Assembly (NCBI GenBank): GCA_963665115.1
Contig: OY762007.1
Location: 6,816,001 to 6,880,000, forward strand
Source: an uncultured Rivularia sp.
GTDB taxonomy: Bacteria; Cyanobacteriota; Cyanobacteriia; Cyanobacteriales; Nostocaceae
Direction of reading: 5' to 3'
DNA length: 64,000 nt
Part shown: positions 42,837 through 54,014 of the stretch, piece after piece
Layout: each line of letters starts with the position of its first letter
How positions within the stretch are numbered: the stretch's first letter is position 1
The notes under the pieces: model-generated
What the model was told of the DNA's origin: nothing
What the model saw: the letters and a program-made list of their open reading frames with translations, nothing else
Databases searched by the model: none
Translations under genes and position numbers: made by a program

Positions 42837-43207
42837 TGAAATCAAAATACCGATGTTGGGTTACGACGCAATTTAAATTAATTGATTAATAATTAAATCT
42901 TGTCGTGCGTCTAACCCAACCTACCACTACTCTTGTGGGATGGGCATCCCTGCCCGTCCGAATGTACTGTCAAAACCCTGATCTTGGGTTACAACGCAAT
43001 TTTAATTAATTGATTAATAATTAAATCTTGTCGTGCGTCTAACCCAACCTACCACTAATTATTTCAATATTCCTTCCCGGATTCCTATATTATGATGGTG
43101 CGTCACGGTATTTTCGAGATTGTAATTTAAAGATTAAACATATTCGTACCGTGACAGCACCCTACGACTATAATCCATGAAATCAAAAGACTAATGTTGG
43201 GTTACGA
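42837..43207 (-). repeat. Stack of hairpin units C (42837-42924), D (~42970-43052), variant E (43097-43165), truncated F (43178-43207), plus a GTGG-REP (42935-42959)
   Basis: All are co-oriented with A/B. C, D and E end in CTAC; F lacks the right arm. No ORF lies between them. Confidence 0.88.
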
Positions 43208-43231
43208 TTGCTCACTGTTCACTGCTCACTG

Positions 43232-45467
43232 CTAAAGTTTCGGCAAAATCTCCGGCAACAACTGCCCTGGAACTTTAGACAAAGCTACGTTTTGTCCCTG
43301 AATTCCTAATTCCGAATGGAAGCCGCGAATTGTTTTGACTATATAACTAATTGTATTTTGATGGTTTTCTGATTCTTGATTCATTCCTGTTAGGGCTTGT
43401 AGATGATTATCTAATGCTTTTTCTAAATATTGGGAACGAATTTTTTTATCTTCTGTAAAAAATTTGTCTGTGCCTATTTGATAGTTTGCTAAACCTAAAT
43501 TATTATGAGTTGCGAACAAATCAAAGCTCAAAGATACACCTGTAAGTGAATGTGCTAAAGCTAAGGCTTCGTCGTAAGCTTCAATACACATTTTTAAATA
43601 ATTTAATTTCTCGTGTTTATCTGTATCTGGTTGATTTGCTAAGTGCCAATAAGCTGTACCCAAGTTATTTTGAGTTGCAGCACAAGCTGTGGGAACGTTG
43701 GCTGGTGTCCGATATTTTAAGGCTTCATTGTAAGCATTAATAGCTAATTGTAAGTATTCTACTTCTCGGTCGTATTGTGCAAGGTTCCAGTAAGCTGTAC
43801 CAATATTGTTTTGAATCATGCCGTATTTCAACGGTTCTTGATCGGAATTATAGTAAACTACTGCGTGTTCGTAAGCTACTACCGCTTGCTTTAAATTGAT
43901 TACGGGCTGATTGTATTGCGCTAAATGCCAGTAAGCCGTACCTAAATTATTTTGGCAAGCTGCATACTTTAATGGTTCCATTTCGGCAGTACGAAAACGT
44001 AGAGCTTCGCTATATGCTGTTACTGCATTTTGCCAGTTTTGATCTGGATTATTAAAACGAGCTAAATCGCCGTAAGCCGTGCCCAAATTATTTTGCACTC
44101 TGGCATAAGTTTCCGAATGGGTTTCTGGTGAAATTAATTTCAGGGCTAATTCGTAAAATTCAATACCTTGCTCGATATAAGCTGGCCCCCTCTTGAGAAT
44201 TGGGTGGAGTGCGGTACAGCATCCAATAAAGCGTACCTAAATCGTTCAATACGTCTGGCACGGAGGCTGAAGAATCATCATAAGAAATTGATTCCTGATA
44301 TGCCAGAATCGCCACCATCAAGTTTTCTAAAGTTGATTGTCCTTCTTCGATGCGGACGCGATATATATTTCCTAAACGATAATAAGCAGCCCCAATATCT
44401 TTTTCGTCAGCTTGTTGGGAATGTAAATCCTCAATTTCTTGCAGGATTTGCTGTACTTGTTCGTTTTGAAGAGGTGAGTCAACTATTGTGGTGCTAATCG
44501 TTGTTAATATTAGCTCGGTTAACTCTTTGCTAATGTGAGGCAAATCCGAGGCTGACGGAACAAGATTGCTCGAACTACTTTTTTGTAGCAGTTCGGTATT
44601 TTCCTCCTGCTGCATTCCAGGAGTAAATATTTCTAATTGCGATAGCGGATTTTCTTCTTTTACAGCAAAAGATTCCGTTGCTGATTCTAAGCGGTTTTCC
44701 GATCGTTGAGATGGTGGAAACTCAAAATCTTCCTCAAAATCTAAATCACTAGGAGGCGTTGTTAACTCTTCATTAATAGTGGGTTGTTCCACAGAGTCTA
44801 AATCTAAACTTCTCTGAACGGCAAAACGTCGTGCTGCACTTCTATTGGGACTTGTTGGAGTTGGTTCTCCAGCAAACAAAAATACACCCGTTCGAGAACG
44901 CCAGAACTGTGGCGCAGACTGTTGAATTGCACGCAACCACGGACGTGGAACCCATAGTAACAAGCTTGAATCTAAAAATCTGCTATCTGCTTGACTTGAC
45001 AGTTGCTGTTCTGTCAAACGCAGGTAATGTAAAAATAAACGTTGTATGGCAACAGGTTGTCTAGTTAACTGTTCCGTACCCACCATTTGAAATGACGGAA
45101 TAGGCAAAGCCTTACCCGGCACATCTTTGGAACCACCAACAACTGGCGGAGGATAATTACTTAACCATTGATTTATTTGCGCTATGGGATTTGGATCGTT
45201 TAAATTCAACCGTAAAGTGACTAATCGCGGATAAGCTGGTGTACTAGCTTCAGATTGCGTATCAATTGGCTGATACAGAACCTGTCCTACCGGATATGCC
45301 AAAGTTGAATGCAAACGAGCCGCTACCTGATTTCTCAGGTTTAAATCATCACATACCGCTATGAAAATTTGTCTTCGCAAGTTGAGTCCCAAAGCAAGTT
45401 TCAAGCGGTGATATACTTGCCGGTTCCAACTAGAATTATTAGAGTTTACAGTATCGTTTAAGCTCAT
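43232..45467 (-). CDS. Tetratricopeptide-repeat protein (+1 frameshift at G-run ~44188)
   Basis: Repeated (A..QNNLGTAYW.LA) TPR units; deleting one G gives continuous EGPAYIEQGIEFYELAL. Confidence 0.85.
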
Positions 45468-45820
45468 AGCGGCTCATCATCAGCCAAATGCAGTTTACCG
45501 AAAGTACTCCTAAAAAATGGGGAAACCTTCTTACAAAGCCTCTCTGTAAAAATAAGGTTCCGTCCATTCTTTATAGAGAAATTATTATCTTCCCAAAAAT
45601 GGGTATATATAAGCAGCAACCTTAGTTGTGACTATGACTACGGTTTTCAAGTATTTATTGCATTGTTCAGGAAAAATCCGCTCTTTCAGGTTTCACTGAG
45701 TAAAAAGTTTTATTTTATACTTTTGAATCTCTGGCATTCTAACAAATAAAAAATCAGGCTCCTTTAAAAAATGGAACCTGTTATACCAAAAGTAAATAAA
45801 TTTTTCGTATTTAACTTTTC

Positions 45821-46000
45821 TTAAGCAGCATTAGACACTGAGAAGGCTACAAAAAATACGCCGCCAAGCAATGCAAGAGCAGCAACTCCCAGCACAACAT
45901 AGGTTATTTGTTGTTTTTTATTAGGAGGATCGGCCTTGTAAACCTTTGGTTCGCGAGCGAAATTATTTAAGAGGCCGCCTTCTTCTTTGGTATAGGGCAT
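45821..46000 (-). CDS. psb34: Photosystem II assembly factor Psb34 (Ssl1498 family)
   Basis: MPYTKEEGGLLNNFAREPKVYKADPP...TM; 59 aa, missed by the ORF track. Confidence 0.85.
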   Translation of the reverse strand: MPYTKEEGGLLNNFAREPKVYKADPPNKKQQITYVVLGVAALALLGGVFFVAFSVSNAA

Positions 46001-46069
46001 AAATTAACATCCTTCTTATTGTCTTCGTATTATTTTACATTACGAGTGTAAGCGGTCTTTATCTGAAGT

Positions 46070-46300
46070 GGGAATGGGGCATTGGGCATTGGGCATTGGG
46101 CATTGGGAATTGGTAATTGGGAATTGGTAATAGTTAGGAGTTAGGAGTAGGGAGTAGGGAGTTAGGAGTAGGGAGTAGGGAGTAGGGAGTAGGGAGTAGG
46201 GAGTAGGGAGTTAGGAGTTAGGAGTTAGGAGTTTTTTATCTCCTTGTCCCCCTCTCTTCCCCCTCTTCCCCCTCTTCCCCCTCTTCCCCCTCTTCCCCCT
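46070..46300. repeat. STRR cluster: (GGGCATT)n, (GGGAGTA/GGAGTTA)n and 9-mer (CCCCCTCTT)n
   Basis: Direct tandem arrays. Confidence 0.9.
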
Positions 46301-46302
46301 CT

Positions 46303-48375
46303 CTAACTAACCGTTCCCGTCAAAGGAGAGGAAGCACTGGCATAATCCTTCATTGGCATTCTTCCGGATAGATATGCTAATCTTCCGGCTACTGCTGCCA
46401 TGCTCATGGCTCGTGCCATTGCGGGTGGGTTTTTTGCTCGGGCGATCGCACTGTTAATTAATAAAGCGTCTGCGCCCATTTCCATTGCTTGGGCTGCTTC
46501 GGATGGGGCACCTATTCCGGCATCTACTACTACTGGAATGTTGGCGTTTTCGATAATAATTTTGATGTTGGCGGTGGTTTGCAATCCTTGTCCGGAACCT
46601 ATGGGGGCTGCTAAGGGCATTACTGTTGCACAACCGACTTCTTCTAGGCGTTTTGCTAGCATCGGATCGGCGTTTATGTAGGGGAGTACGGCGAAGCCTT
46701 CTTTTACCAGTTGTTCGGCGGCTTGCAGGGTACCGATAGGATCTGGAAGTAAATATTTTGCGTCGGGAATTACTTCTAATTTGACAAAGTTATTATCTTC
46801 TTGTCCGAGAATTTTCGCCATTTCTCTTCCCAAACGGGCTACGCGAATTGCTTCTTCTGCGGTTTTACATCCTGCTGTATTGGGTAACATCCATATTTTG
46901 TTCCAGTCTAAGGCTTCTGCTAAACCTTCATGTCCGGGAGCATTGGTTTGAACTCTGCGTACTGCAACTGTAACTATTTGGCATTCGCTCTTCTCTACGC
47001 TTTGCTGCATCTCGGCAATATTTCGATATTTACCCGTACCTGTCATTAAGCGCGATGTAAATTCTTTACCAGCAATAATTAGTTTGGCATCTTGAATAGA
47101 ATCTTGAACTGGTAACTCAGCTAGATCGTTTTTTTGCGAAGACAGTGAAGAGGTATTGCCGTTGGAATTAACCTTATATGTCAGCATGGGGGTAGTAGAT
47201 GTTGAATTATGGAAGCGTGAATAATGGAAGCTAGCTAATAAATCGGATTTTTCGGATTTTTCTTCTAAAATTAAATCGGCAAGTAATTGTGCTGTAATCG
47301 GTGTTAGCAGAATACCATTGCGATGATGACCAGTGGCAAATATTAAGTTTTTGCACCAGCTATTACCAAGAATGGGTAACTCGTCGGGAGTAGCGGGACG
47401 AAATCCACACCACAATTCTTCGATGGGATAATTTTGCAGTTGGGGATATAGCCGGATAGCTCCTTGAAGTAAAGTTTGAATGCCTAAAGGTGTATTTCCA
47501 GGAGTAAAACCCACATCTTCACTGGTAGCTCCAATTATGATTCTTCCATCGCGTCTGGGTACGATGTAGACATTATCTCCATACAATACTCTACTCAAAG
47601 GTAATTCCGAGCCAGAGAATGGTAGTTTGACGCTCAACATTTGTCCTTTGACAGGACGCACGGGTAAAGGCAATAATTCACTAGACCAAGCTCCCGTTGC
47701 TAACACGTATTTAGAAGCGCGAAACGTGCCAGCATCCGTTTGTACGCCCTTGACTTCTCCCTGCTGTTGAATAATTCCTTTTACGGTAATACCTTCAGTA
47801 ATTTCAACACCAAGATTTTCAGCAGCATTTAAAAGAGTTTGAAATAAAGCGCGATTATCAACTTGACCATCTTCAGGGTACCACCAACCGCCGATTACTT
47901 CTTCACTTAATCCCGGTTGGTATTGATGGATTGCTTGTTTATCTAACCAGTATTGATTGGAGGGGGTAGAGGGGGTAGAATTTCCGACATTATCTCCTTG
48001 TCCCCTTGTCTCCCTTCGGGTTGCGCCACTTGCTACAACGGGGGGAACCTCCGCAACGCAGTGGCTTACCTTGTCTCCTTCTCCAAAAACCGGGGCCAAA
48101 ATACCGCAAGCCCAATAACCAGTATCTAAACCTGTAATTTCTTCTAATTTTCTCGTCCAATCTGGATATAAATATAGCGAACGATTGCACAATTGCAGCA
48201 TAGCCGTGTTGGCAATTCCTTCGGCAGAAGGTGCGAGCATTCCGGCTGCGGCTGTGGCTGCTGCTGCTTTGTTGTTTCGGCTTATCGCAGTGACTTTTGC
48301 ACCGCGTAGTTTGAGTTCAATGGCTGTTGCTAAGCCGATAACACCGCCACCAATAATTAAAATCTCACTAGTCAT
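46303..48375 (-). CDS. thiG: Glycine oxidase ThiO - thiazole synthase ThiG fusion
   Basis: [22 protein letters not shown] and GHHRNGILL (ThiO); [22 protein letters not shown] and DAGIG.PS (ThiG). Confidence 0.95.
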   Translation of the reverse strand: MTSEILIIGGGVIGLATAIELKLRGAKVTAISRNNKAAAATAAAGMLAPSAEGIANTAMLQLCNRSLYLYPDWTRKLEEITGLDTGYWACGILAPVFGEGDKVSHCVAEVPPVVASGATRRETRGQGDNVGNSTPSTPSNQYWLDKQAIHQYQPGLSEEVIGGWWYPEDGQVDNRALFQTLLNAAENLGVEITEGITVKGIIQQQGEVKGVQTDAGTFRASKYVLATGAWSSELLPLPVRPVKGQMLSVKLPFSGSELPLSRVLYGDNVYIVPRRDGRIIIGATSEDVGFTPGNTPLGIQTLLQGAIRLYPQLQNYPIEELWCGFRPATPDELPILGNSWCKNLIFATGHHRNGILLTPITAQLLADLILEEKSEKSDLLASFHYSRFHNSTSTTPMLTYKVNSNGNTSSLSSQKNDLAELPVQDSIQDAKLIIAGKEFTSRLMTGTGKYRNIAEMQQSVEKSECQIVTVAVRRVQTNAPGHEGLAEALDWNKIWMLPNTAGCKTAEEAIRVARLGREMAKILGQEDNNFVKLEVIPDAKYLLPDPIGTLQAAEQLVKEGFAVLPYINADPMLAKRLEEVGCATVMPLAAPIGSGQGLQTTANIKIIIENANIPVVVDAGIGAPSEAAQAMEMGADALLINSAIARAKNPPAMARAMSMAAVAGRLAYLSGRMPMKDYASASSPLTGTVS

Positions 48376-48614
48376 CGATCGGGCAGTTATTAGTTGTTAG
48401 TTATAAATAACTAGTAACAAATAACTAGTAACTTCGAGACAATTTGTGAAGTAAATCTTAAGCTCTTGATGGTATGGTCAAAACTGGGTTTTTGATAGAA
48501 AAGGTATGAGATAATTCAATACCCCCTCAAGCGCAAACCCCCAGTAATGTTTTTAGTGTTCGCTTTCCCAATAACCATCTACATCCGATAACTGCTAACT
48601 GCTAACTGGCATTT

Positions 48615-48983
48615 TTACCATAAAGCGCGAATTGGGGCATTATTACCAGATGTGTTTCTTTGACTGTTGCTTGGTGATTGTGCCGTAGAACCAGTTCCAG
48701 ATGTGCTGCCTTGAGCGGTTGTTGTCGCACTGCGGATAATTGTTGAGTCAGTATCGCTGTCGTTCTGGGCAACGCTTTCCTGGCCGCTTTGTCCAGAAGA
48801 GCCACCATCACCAGTAGCGGTACTATTAACATTAATATTGGCTGGAAGAACTTGCGATTCTCTTCTCTTTGCAGGATTTTCTGCGGTGTTGCGTCCGTCC
48901 ATAGGAAAATTAATTCCTAACAATGTGCCTAGCAAGATCGCCAAGCCTCCAGCCATCAAAATTAAAGGTGTCCATCTACCCAT
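48615..48983 (-). CDS. Hypothetical protein (N-terminal TM, low-complexity tail ending PIRALW)
   Basis: GGAG upstream; P(I/V)RALW terminus typical of a cyanobacterial family. Confidence 0.75.
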   Translation of the reverse strand: MGRWTPLILMAGGLAILLGTLLGINFPMDGRNTAENPAKRRESQVLPANINVNSTATGDGGSSGQSGQESVAQNDSDTDSTIIRSATTTAQGSTSGTGSTAQSPSNSQRNTSGNNAPIRALW

Positions 48984-49403
48984 TTTCTGTTTTATCTCCT
49001 TTTCAAACGAAATGGTATCTTGTATTACTTACCGATCTCTCAATTTTCCGGAATCTGAAAAAGACGGCTTTTGACTTATGTCAAAAATTTTTCAGTTAGT
49101 CAAATCGTTCGTTCTGCGAACGTTGGATTTGAACTATACAGCTATTGCAGTCTGTAAACTTACTCTTATTACTAACAGTTGATTGTTAATTACTGTATTC
49201 ACTGCTGTTATAAAGGTCAATGCCATTTTGCTGCATGATTAAAAATTTAGCCTTAGACTTACAAACTGCAACACGCTCGATTGCATAGAAATATTGTCTT
49301 AGATTGAGCTAAAAGAACAGGCATCTTACGTTACCAAACTGGCAATTTATTGTTGTATATTGACACATTGCCATCTTCAGTTGTTGCTCTACTCTCTATA
49401 ATT

Positions 49404-51012
49404 ATGACCGTAAATTCCTCACATCAACTTTGGATCTACGACACCACGCTACGAGATGGTACTCAGCGTGAAGGTTTATCAGTTTCGCTGGAAGATAAAT
49501 TACGTATCGCAAGAAGACTAGATGAACTGGGAATTCCTTTTATTGAAGGTGGTTGGCCTGGGGCTAACCCTAAAGACGTACAGCTTTTTTGGCAATTGCA
49601 AGAACAACCGCTTAAACAAGCTCAAATTGTTCCTTTTTGCTCGACTAGACGACCGAACAAATCGGCAAGTACCGAACCAATGCTGCAAGCTATTCTTGCG
49701 GCAAATACTTTGTGGGTAACTATTTTTGGTAAGTCCTGGGATTTACACGTTACCGAAGGTCTGAAAACAAGTTTAGCAGAAAATTTAGAAATGATTCGCG
49801 ATACTATCGAGTATCTTCGCGGTCAAAATCGTCGCGTTATATACGATGCGGAACACTGGTTTGATGGTTACAAAAACAATCCCGATTATGCTTTACAAAC
49901 TATAAAAACTGCTATTGCTGCTGGTGCCGAATGGTTGGTTTTATGCGATACAAATGGCGGTACTTTACCTCACGAAGTTTCTCAGATAGTTACCGATGTA
50001 ATTAAAAACTGTCCTCAAGATATTCAATTAGGTATTCACACTCATAACGACTCGGATACGGCGATCGCCAATGCTTTAGCTGGGGTAATGGCAGGCGTGC
50101 AGATGGTACAAGGTACAATTAACGGATATGGCGAACGCTGCGGTAATGCCAATCTTTGTTCTTTGATTCCGAATTTACAATTAAAGTTGGGTTACAACTG
50201 CATTACTCCTAAAGGGCTATCTCAACTTGGGAGCGCTAGTCGGTTTGTCAGTGAAGTAGTCAACCTTGCTCCTGACGATCACGCTCCTTTTGTCGGACGT
50301 TCGGCTTTTGCTCATAAAGGGGGTATTCATGTATCGGCAGTGCAAAGAAATCCGCTGACATACGAACACATCGAACCAGAAAAAGTCGGCAATTGTCGTC
50401 GCATAGTAATTTCCGAACAAGCAGGAGTCAGCAACGTTTTAATGAAAGCCCGTGGATTTGGCATTGAACTTGATAAAAACCATCCAGCAACGCGGGAAAT
50501 ATTACAGCGTCTTAAAGAATTAGAAAGTCAAGGATATCAATTTGAAGCAGCAGAAGCTAGTTTTGAATTATTGATGCGTGAAGCTCTGCAAACTCGTCCT
50601 TCCTGGTTTCAAGTCAAAGGCTTTCAAATTCACTGCGATTTAGGAAAAATCTTAGAAACGACCAAAGCTCTGGCAACAGTTAAAGTCGCCGTTAACAACG
50701 AAGATATTTGGGAAGCAGCCGAAGGAAACGGGGCCAGTTGCAGCATTAGACGCAGCTTTACGTAAAGCTTTGATTAAATTCTATCCGCAAATCGAGACAT
50801 TTGAACTAACAGATTACAAAGTCAGAATTCTCAACGGACACACCGGAACCTCAGCCACCACCCGCGCAATGGTGGAACTAGGAAATGGCACTCAACGCTG
50901 GACAACAATAGGAGTTTCTAACAATATATTAGAAGCCTCTTATCAAGCAGTAGTTGAAGGATTGGAATACGGTTTACTTTTACACTCGCAATTGAATGTT
51001 GAAGTTGGGTAA
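49404..51012 (+). CDS. cimA: Citramalate synthase (+1 frameshift at G-run ~50731)
   Basis: YDTTLRDGTQ.EG, EGGWPGANPKD, HTHND, GERCGNANL and AFAHKGGIH; AEGNGPVAALDAALRKAL restored by deleting one G. Confidence 0.93.
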
Positions 51013-51210
51013 TGGGTAATGGGGGATTGGGCATTGGGTATAGGGCATAGGGCATTGGGGATGGGAAGAAGGGAAATAATGGGATAAAGACGATCTTAAT
51101 ATGCAGACCTTTGACCTGAATAAATATTCACAACTCCCAGCTCCCAACTCCCAACTATGCCCAATGCCCAATGCCCTATGCCCTATGCCCCATTCCCCAT
51201 TCCCAACTTA

Positions 51211-51441
51211 TTAAATATTGTCCCAAGCTTGGGCTACGACTTGACTTAACCAACGACGTTGCTGTTTATCAAGTACGGCATCTTCTGCTAAAAGTTGATT
51301 TGTTAATTCTTCTAATGATTGACCTTGAGAACGGACTAATTTTATTACGCCTGCTATTGCTACAGCAACAAGTTCCTCATCAACCGGCTGTTGCTTCATA
51401 GCAAATATTTCTTGAGGGTTATCTGGGATGGGATAATTCAT
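51211..51441 (-). CDS. Conserved hypothetical protein
   Basis: MNYPIP..PQEI...PVDEELV..AIAGV...GQSLEEL motif. Confidence 0.8.
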   Translation of the reverse strand: MNYPIPDNPQEIFAMKQQPVDEELVAVAIAGVIKLVRSQGQSLEELTNQLLAEDAVLDKQQRRWLSQVVAQAWDNI

Positions 51442-51598
51442 GGCGTGTGTGTGAATAATTAAAGGAACAAAAAAACTTGCAAACTCTTAAACTTTCTTTA
51501 CAGAATATTTATTCAACTGATAGGGCGGAGTGTACCGTGATTTACGACTTTCTTAAATCTGTCTTAATGAGTAGATTTTGGGGAAATTGCCAACAAAA

Positions 51599-53710
51599 AT
51601 GAAAGAAATTCTTTACTTAGAAATCCCAACGACTGATACAGCAGTAGTAAGGAACTGGTTACAAACTGAATTTGAACCGGGAACTTATAACAAAATATTA
51701 ACGTCTGATGGCATTCGCTTGAAGTCGTCCGATACTACAGCTGTTGTTGCAGATATTACGGAAAAGTTACCTAACGAATTATCCGTATTCCTGTGGAATG
51801 TGCAGCGAACCACGTATTTAAAGGTGTTTCGATGGGGCGATAAATTTCCACAAGAGACACAAATTTTACAGAAGCTCACTAATCAGATACATAATCGCTT
51901 TCCTCATCATTATCCCGAACCACCAGCGATTGATTTGTCCAAAGAATCAATCTTTGAAGCTTTAGCTGATTATTATCCTCTTACCGTTAAGTATTTTCAG
52001 AAAATGCCTAACGGAGAATACGATCTCAACCGCGCTTATTGGTGGGAACAACGTTGGCGCGAAGGTGTAAGGAATCCCAAAGAGCCGAGGCAAGTTATCT
52101 TTTCGCATGAAGGAAGTTTGGGAGATAGGGAGAAAGAATTTTCCCCCTCCCCCACTTCTACTTACGACTTAATCTACATCGGCGGTGCATTGGGAGTTAT
52201 TCATGCGGCGGTGATGGCTCGATTAGGCTATAAAGTGCTGTTGCTCGAACGCTTGCCTTTTGGAAAGATGAATCGGGAGTGGAATATTTCCCGTTTAGAA
52301 ATTCAAAGTTTGGTAAATTTGGGTTTACTGACTTCTGCTGAAGTGGAATCAATTATTGCCCGAGAGTATAAAGACGGATTTAATAAATTTTTTGATGCTT
52401 ATATTCCCGATCAACTCAAAGCTCCAATTCTACATACACCAACAGTTTTAAACATAGCCCTGAAGTCAGAAAAATTACTTAAACTGTGTGGCGATAAACT
52501 GCAAGCAGCAGGCGGCGATATTTGGGATGAAACGGAGTTTATCAAAGCTGATATTGATGCATCTCAAGTTATTTTGACGGTAAAAGATTTACCATCGCAA
52601 AACCAACATCTTGTTAGTGGAAGATTGCTAGTAGATGCAATGGGAACGGCATCACCGATTGCATGGCAACTCAATCCAAAACGCGCTTTTGATAGCGTAT
52701 GTCCGACAGTCGGAGCAGTTGTCGAAAGCGGATTTGAGCCTCAAGTCTGGGATTCAAAATACGGTGATGTTCTTAACAGTCATGGAGATGTTTCGCGGGG
52801 AAGACAGTTAATTTGGGAATTATTTCCTGGAGAAAACGAAGAATTAACTATTTACTTGTTTCACTATCACCAGGTAAATGCTGAGAATCCCGGTTCCTTA
52901 ATGGAAATGTACGAAGACTTTTTTACCATCTTGCCAGAATATCGTCGTTGCGATATGGACAAATTAACCTGGAAAAAACCTACGTTCGGATATATACCGG
53001 GACATTTCAGTGTAGGAAGTCGCGATCGCACTGTTGCTTTTAATCGTTTAATCGCAATTGGTGATGCGGCATCGCTCCAGTCTCCTTTAGTATTTACCGG
53101 CTTTGGTTCCTTAGTTCGCAATTTAGAAAGATTAACGCAACTTTTAGATACAGCGCTCAAGCACGACTTACTTTCTGCAAAGCATCTCAATCAAATTCGC
53201 GCTTTCCAAAATAATATTGCCGTAACTTGGATGTTTTCTAAAGGTATGATGGTTCCCACCGGAAAATTTATACCGCCAGAACGCATCAACGCCATGCTGA
53301 ATAACTTCTTTGGGTTATTAGCTGACGAGCCTATAGAAGTTGCCGATAATTTCATTAAAGATAGATTTAATCTATCAACTTTCAATCGACTTGCATTAAA
53401 AGCAGCGAAGAAAAACCCCGCATTACTCTTGTGGATTTGGCAACTTGCGGGTGCAAAAGATTTACTTAGATGGGTTGGTAACTACATCGACTTTACTCGC
53501 CACAGCATAGTTAGCGCCGTATTTGGTAAATGGTTCGGGAAACTTGTCCGCCAGATACAGCCAAAGCTAGAACCTCGCTTTCCTGCATTGTGGTTGCGAC
53601 TTTTAGCCATGAATTATGCACTTAACGCTGGTAAAGCACTTTCCCAAAACCAAAATTATCAACCCAAAGTTGAAAGTAATCAGTTGACAGTTGACAGTGT
53701 AGAGACGTAG
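51599..53710 (+). CDS. cruA: CruA-type lycopene cyclase (FAD-dependent)
   Basis: MKEILYLEIPT N-terminus, YIGGALG, NREWNISR, DAMGTASP and GDAASLQSPL.FTGFGS; ~700 aa. Confidence 0.8.
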   Translation: MKEILYLEIPTTDTAVVRNWLQTEFEPGTYNKILTSDGIRLKSSDTTAVVADITEKLPNELSVFLWNVQRTTYLKVFRWGDKFPQETQILQKLTNQIHNRFPHHYPEPPAIDLSKESIFEALADYYPLTVKYFQKMPNGEYDLNRAYWWEQRWREGVRNPKEPRQVIFSHEGSLGDREKEFSPSPTSTYDLIYIGGALGVIHAAVMARLGYKVLLLERLPFGKMNREWNISRLEIQSLVNLGLLTSAEVESIIAREYKDGFNKFFDAYIPDQLKAPILHTPTVLNIALKSEKLLKLCGDKLQAAGGDIWDETEFIKADIDASQVILTVKDLPSQNQHLVSGRLLVDAMGTASPIAWQLNPKRAFDSVCPTVGAVVESGFEPQVWDSKYGDVLNSHGDVSRGRQLIWELFPGENEELTIYLFHYHQVNAENPGSLMEMYEDFFTILPEYRRCDMDKLTWKKPTFGYIPGHFSVGSRDRTVAFNRLIAIGDAASLQSPLVFTGFGSLVRNLERLTQLLDTALKHDLLSAKHLNQIRAFQNNIAVTWMFSKGMMVPTGKFIPPERINAMLNNFFGLLADEPIEVADNFIKDRFNLSTFNRLALKAAKKNPALLLWIWQLAGAKDLLRWVGNYIDFTRHSIVSAVFGKWFGKLVRQIQPKLEPRFPALWLRLLAMNYALNAGKALSQNQNYQPKVESNQLTVDSVET

Positions 53711-53760
53711 CAATGCTACGTCTGATTGTACGGTGCGTTACGACTTTGGTCTAACGCACC
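53699..53760 (+). repeat. GTAGAGACG REP (53699-53723, supplies the cruA stop) + GTAC-headed bulged hairpin (53728-53760)
   Basis: GTAGAGACGTAGCAATGCTACGTCT; GGTGCGTTA-C-GAC-tttg-GTC-TAACGCACC. Confidence 0.8.
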
Positions 53761-54014
53761 AAAATTTATCTGTATTTTACTTCAGTGAAAACCGCTATAA
53801 TTTTAATTACTTGTGTAAATATTGATTATTATCTAATCGATTAAAAAAACACTAATTTTGGTTTGTTTTATTTACAGAACTTAGGCATGAATTACGCGGT
53901 TACGTCATTACGAACGAAGTGAAGTAATCGCAAAGTTTTGTTTTTCTCGCAAATGTGTAAGCCCTAATTTAAACTGATATATAATTTATACCTTTATAGC
54001 TATCAAACCTCTAC

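Noticed and set aside
41142..43207. CRISPR array or canonical integron attC sites
   Set aside because: Spacing is irregular (up to ~1 kb, containing genes) and there are no cas genes. The core-site order is the reverse of attC and no intI is in the window.
46303..48375. ThiO-ThiG fusion as a novelty
   Set aside because: The fusion is common in cyanobacteria.
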